A stretch of DNA of 39,344 nt, taken from positions 1 through 39,344 of the forward strand of contig JAUCBJ010006645.1 of the NCBI GenBank assembly GCA_032718475.1, read 5' to 3'. Under the pieces are notes generated by a model that worked only from the letters and a program-made list of their open reading frames with translations, was not told the origin of the DNA and searched no databases. Positions 34,568 to 39,344 of this stretch are shown piece after piece; the stretch's first letter is position 1, and each line of letters starts with the position of its first letter. The position numbers and the translations under genes were made by a program. The stretch comes from Nemertoderma westbladi (Eukaryota; Animalia; Xenacoelomorpha).

Positions 34568-35671
34568 GGCTGCGTATACACCAGTGTTGGCGTGTCACGG
34601 TTGACGGTTTACGTGTCACTTTTTCATGGTGTGCATTAATTCTAAAACGCCAACATTTATTAACATAACATTGGATATGCATATCCCGTTTTAAATGTTG
34701 GTGGTTTTGTGTTGGTGTGTTGACGTTTACGTGTCACGCGTTGGCGGGTAATGTGTTTTTATTTGAGGAATGAGCATGTTCATTATTTCTAAAACGCCAA
34801 CACTTCAAAATAAAACAAATTAAATAAAACATGAAATCTTTCATAGATATTTAGAGATTCTATACTCTAATTTGTAGTAATAATAATTAATTAATAGAGG
34901 GATTAATTAAATATTAATTTTATATTTTATTTATAAATTGCAATCTGTTAATGCGAGTTTATTTTAATACTAGGATGGAGTTTCTATGAAATAAATTAAA
35001 TAAATAAAATGATGATTTATTAATTTTTTACTTGGATACTTTTTACTTTTGGTAAGATGGATGATTATGAGCCTGAACTTATAGAAATTGTTCGTAATAA
35101 GCCATTGTTGTGGGATGTGGTCATAACGATTATAAACATAAGGAGCAAAGAGCGCAAGTGTGGATTTATGTTGATAGTAAATTAAAACCCCAAGAAAAGG
35201 TTAGTTTGGTACAACAACTGTGTTTTGGTAAAATTTTGAGCGTAATTGAAGAACAACTCATCCTCTTTATTATCCATTAAATGGGCAAAAGTCCTGGCAA
35301 ATTCCCCACGATGTTCTCTATGCAAGAAAAGATATCTTACCCATATCCTAGGCCGATTCCTAACTCGTCTTCTTCTATTATTAAACATACACGTTTTCAA
35401 GGATTAAATATTATATATTCTCTTTATTGCATTAGTTCGGGTACTTAGATAATTGATTGTTTAAACAATTGTACTACTATTACTGGTACCACATGTGGAA
35501 CTGTGGTGCCCCGACTGCCCGGAAAAATTCCAAACTTGTGTACTATATAGTATACAATTACGCTATTTTCGCCACATCACAGTTGTTCTAGAACTGAGAA
35601 CTTAGGACAACACGAATATATAAAATAAAATCCGTCAACAGTGACACGTTAACACTGGTGTATACATAGCC
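34568..35671. mobile_element. Internally deleted PIF/Harbinger transposon with MADF (+) and transposase N-terminal (-) remnants
   Basis: ~40-bp TIR GGCT..GTATACACCAGTGTT..CGTGTCAC.GTTGACGG; TTA TSD; + strand ELIEIVRNKPLLWD...DYKHKEQRAQVW from 35057; - strand RIWVRYLFLHREHRGEF...DELFFNY at ~35400-35240. Confidence 0.9.
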
Positions 35672-37472
35672 TTACGATTACGATGGCCTTGATTATAGAG
35701 AGAGGTATTGCATTGTTGCCAAGCTACGTAAGGGATAAACGAAATATTCCAGAATATGGTGTATTTATTTAATAAATTGAGTAAAATAGCCTCGCTCATA
35801 TGCAAAACCATGCACGTTTTAAGCGCTGATATCTCAGCTACAGTGCTTTGCTATAAATTTCAAATTGTGTTACAATTTGGAATCCTTTGCACGGTCAGCT
35901 TTCTATCGGTACCAACAAAACACTATAATATTGATGAATAACTGCGGTGAACTGGTGCAATATCGCCGGAGACACCTTTTTCAAACGCTTGTAGCTAAAT
36001 AATGAAAGCAAAAATAAAAATTCTGGCTCACCCAGCAAGGAGGAGGGAAGTGAAACTATCTCTGTTTCAAATTTCAAGCAATCTCATTAAGATTTGTAGA
36101 AAAAAAATTTTGGGGGGCGGGGGGGGGGCAGGTACCTGAATAAGGACACTGTATTCCAGGACATGGTGCACCGTTGTTGCCCACTAAAATTTTCTGTATT
36201 TATTAAGTAGAATAAAGGGCCTCCATTATTATTATTATTATTATTATGAATGCGAAACGGAGGGTGCGATTTCTGTATCCGGGTATATATTTTTTGGGTT
36301 TGTGTGCCGGTGCTCAATATAATAATTCCACATCTATAACTAAGGAGGGATATTTAAAATGCTGATGGTTTGGATATTATTCGATTTAGTTCATTGCCTG
36401 CTTGTTAAATACCCGCCCATATTATAGTTACAGACAGCCAATTTTGGCGGGAGGGTTTAAACTTTTATGGGCATTTTCTCGGAATCACATTTTTCATTTT
36501 CAAATTACTACTCCTCCGCTCATTTTTCAACCAATTTTCTTCGTTTTTGGCTCATGCGAACGAGCTTATGGAAGCTCTTTAAAAGTTATCTTATGGAATT
36601 TTGATAAATATTGCCATTTTGTGTAATTAGGCAACTTTAATTAAAAATGTGATGATTAGTTTGAATAATTAATTAATTTAATTAATTAATTAAAATAAAA
36701 ACGCTAATTAGAAATTGTATAAAATAACTTTTGTAGAGTCGATGACGCTGAGACAAAAAAAAGTTGGTTTCAAGAAATTTGGGACCAGGATTGAGGGACT
36801 AGTAGCATTTTTAGTGAAATCCAGCCGCTAGGGGGAGGCTATAAATTTTCCTATAGAGGCTTTTTGGCCTTCTATTCAGTGGTTGGCCTTGACAAAATAG
36901 CAATATTATCATTTAACACTAAGTAACAGCCATTTCTAAAAAAAAGGTTCTGGGGAGTATACCCCCTCTTAAGCTAAAACCCAACTGGAAATTAACTCGA
37001 ACAACAACGGAGTGCATACTACAGTAGAGGTCTCGCTACGCGGACCTAAAAAATAACATTTAGATACTGTACAATTCAAACTAAGACGTTTGGACTGGGC
37101 GGAGCAATTGAGATGCTGTTTTTCCAGGGGGGTTTTCCATTGTTTTATAAATACAATGATGTGAGTTTGAGCTCCGGTTCCCAAAGGCATTCCCCCAAAA
37201 TATAATTAGCAAAAGTTTATTGGTGAGCACCGGCGCTCAATCCGCAGTTACAAACAAGCAGTGGTTTCAGAGCCGCAGCTAACGTGTAAAACGGTTTTCA
37301 TCAGGATTTCAATCATCATGACCCTGAGGATTGAAATACTGGCTACTGTACAACTAACTATCAGAACACATCGGTGATAAAATTTGTTCATTTGTAATAA
37401 TTTCCGACAGGTTGGGTGAAAATTTGGCAATTTTAGTTAGAAATTTTCGAATCACCATCAAATCATCCAAAA

Positions 37473-37740
37473 GGGATGGGGGGCGGGGGTGCCGGAAAAT
37501 CGACACAAATAACAGATTACTCGCAAAAAAATAAATATGTAACCAATTCTATTGACACACAAATCCCATATCGGCGAATTAATTACCCGCAATGTTAAAT
37601 TCTCAAATTTGGGAAAGGACCAGGTTACAGTGGCACGTGGCACGTTTGTCTAACCAAAACAATAAACTAAAAGTCAGAACAGGTTACAGTTTTTTTGGTA
37701 GTAATCAGCTGTTATTTGTGTCGAAAATCCCCCCTATCTC
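37473..37740. mobile_element. Short (~270 bp) member of the same TIR family as 24934-29967
   Basis: CGACACAAATAACAG at 37501 mirrored at 37708-37723; 37573-37637 and 37645-37740 are reverse-complement homologues of 29861-29931 and 27891-27980. Confidence 0.7.
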
Positions 37741-39344
37741 CGAATTTGACAGTGGACAGGTGGATGCTACTTTACTACTGACTAGCCTTTTTCATAACAT
37801 TGTCCAAACCCATTGATAAATTCGGCCTAGTACTGTACTATGATATTATTGTTTAATTATACTTTTTAAATTCATTAAACGAACGCAGATGGGTACTTGA
37901 TTGCAGATTGTGATGGTGACGCAATATTTCAATAATTTCCTTCAATTTCAGAATGTACACACGCAAGGACCCCTAACCAGCTTCACCTTTTTGTCGATGA
38001 CGAATATGCACTTCCGTCTACAGCGTTCCACAGCGTTCTTATCAACCTGTGTCGTTGTACCGACCGCTCAACTGCTAGTTCAGTCTGTCAGTAGCCTTCT
38101 AAACTGCTAAAGCAAAGTCTGTTTAGGCCTATCTTATCAGCAGACAGTTGACAGTTCACCTTCTCACATAAACTCCTAGTGCAGTAGTCTGGTAGTGGGT
38201 ATGTAAATGTAATTGCAGAATTGTACTGTCTGAACTGACTGTACCGGTCGGTCCTCCGGCTGTCCGGCATCCGGTAGAACAGTGCTGGCTGTAGCCTGTC
38301 CTGTAGGCAGGTAGGTAACTTTACACTGTCAGACTGTGTCGCGTGTCTGTGAGTCCAGGGCGATGAGCAATTGCCTCTGTTAAGCCTCTGTTAAGCTAAC
38401 AGAGAAGATTTGTTCGCTGATAATTTTAGTCGGTGAGTTATTGGCAATGTTAGTTCTCTGTCTGATAAGTCACTGTTAAAGGGTGAGTTTTACGTTCACT
38501 GTTAGTTCTCTGTTAACTAACCGAGAACATTTTCCTTAACAGAGGTAAAACCTCTGTTAAGGCTATTAGCAGAAGCACGAAGTTGTTCTTCAATCAATTG
38601 TGTTCATAAATTATGAATTTAGGCTTAATTTAGGCCTACATACTGTTGTTTACCGGTTCCTTTTAGGCTCGAACTGATATCATTTCACTTTCAGTTTCAG
38701 TCAGATGGATTAAATCTTACTTACTAGTACTATGCAGTACATACTGTATAAATGTCTGTATTTGTAAGTACTACATGTATATTACTTAGTACGTTACGTA
38801 GTACTTGTTACGGATCCTACAGTAAAAATATTAACTACAGGCCCTATATGTTACTGTACGATGCCATTTTATTGTACTGTAGCTGCCTAAGTACTGTAGA
38901 TTGTGTGTATATCGTACACCATGTCTCAGAACAGGGGCGGATCCCGAGTCGTTTGGTTAGGTTACACATATACTGTATATATTTTCAATATTTTCAACAT
39001 ATACTGTAGGAACAGAGTACCATATATTTTATGTACACAATACAGTATACTGTATCCCAACTTGGGTACCCGTAATGGATTTATTTACTACCGCGTAAAC
39101 AACACCCCCCCCCCCCCCCCCACCCCTTTCTAAATGTGAAAATCTGCAAAGTACAGTATGTACACTGTAACTAGTACTATAACAGTACTATAAGTATACC
39201 CAGATGCCCGGTGGTATTATTTTTTCATCGTCAAATAGGGCCTATATAATTAATCTATGTTACATATTCCGATTGTGGGCGCGTATACGCAGTAGGCCTA
39301 TTATAAAATTATATTATTTATAATCTATACAGTGCCCCGGCTTA

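Noticed and set aside
27891-37740. Giant Pack-type element capturing DDX49 between inverted repeats
   Set aside because: The inverted homologies belong to two separate family members, each with its own pair of TIRs; the left one has its own TSD.

Overview
AT-rich eukaryotic, probably invertebrate animal, genomic DNA dominated by transposons. Positions 1631-17470 hold a complete, very young 15.8-kb BEL/Pao LTR retrotransposon on the minus strand: 1.2-kb near-identical LTRs, GTCGT TSD, and a gag-PR-RT-RH-IN frame broken by two frameshifts and two in-frame TAGs. Its most notable trait is that it has no tRNA-type PBS. Instead, the 12 nt next to the 5' LTR are exactly complementary to a 12-mer inside its own LTR, suggesting Tf1-like self-priming. 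It also carries a ~3-kb hairpin-rich extra region with a small orphan ORF between integrase and the 3' LTR. The rest of the window has a 628-aa ORF resembling a split, arginine-finger-less RhoGAP, an uninterrupted DDX49/DBP8 DEAD-box helicase CDS, nested non-autonomous DNA transposons with internal satellites, a deleted Harbinger, and LINE and Sola2-like relics. All calls were made by eye; no database searches or folding programs were run.
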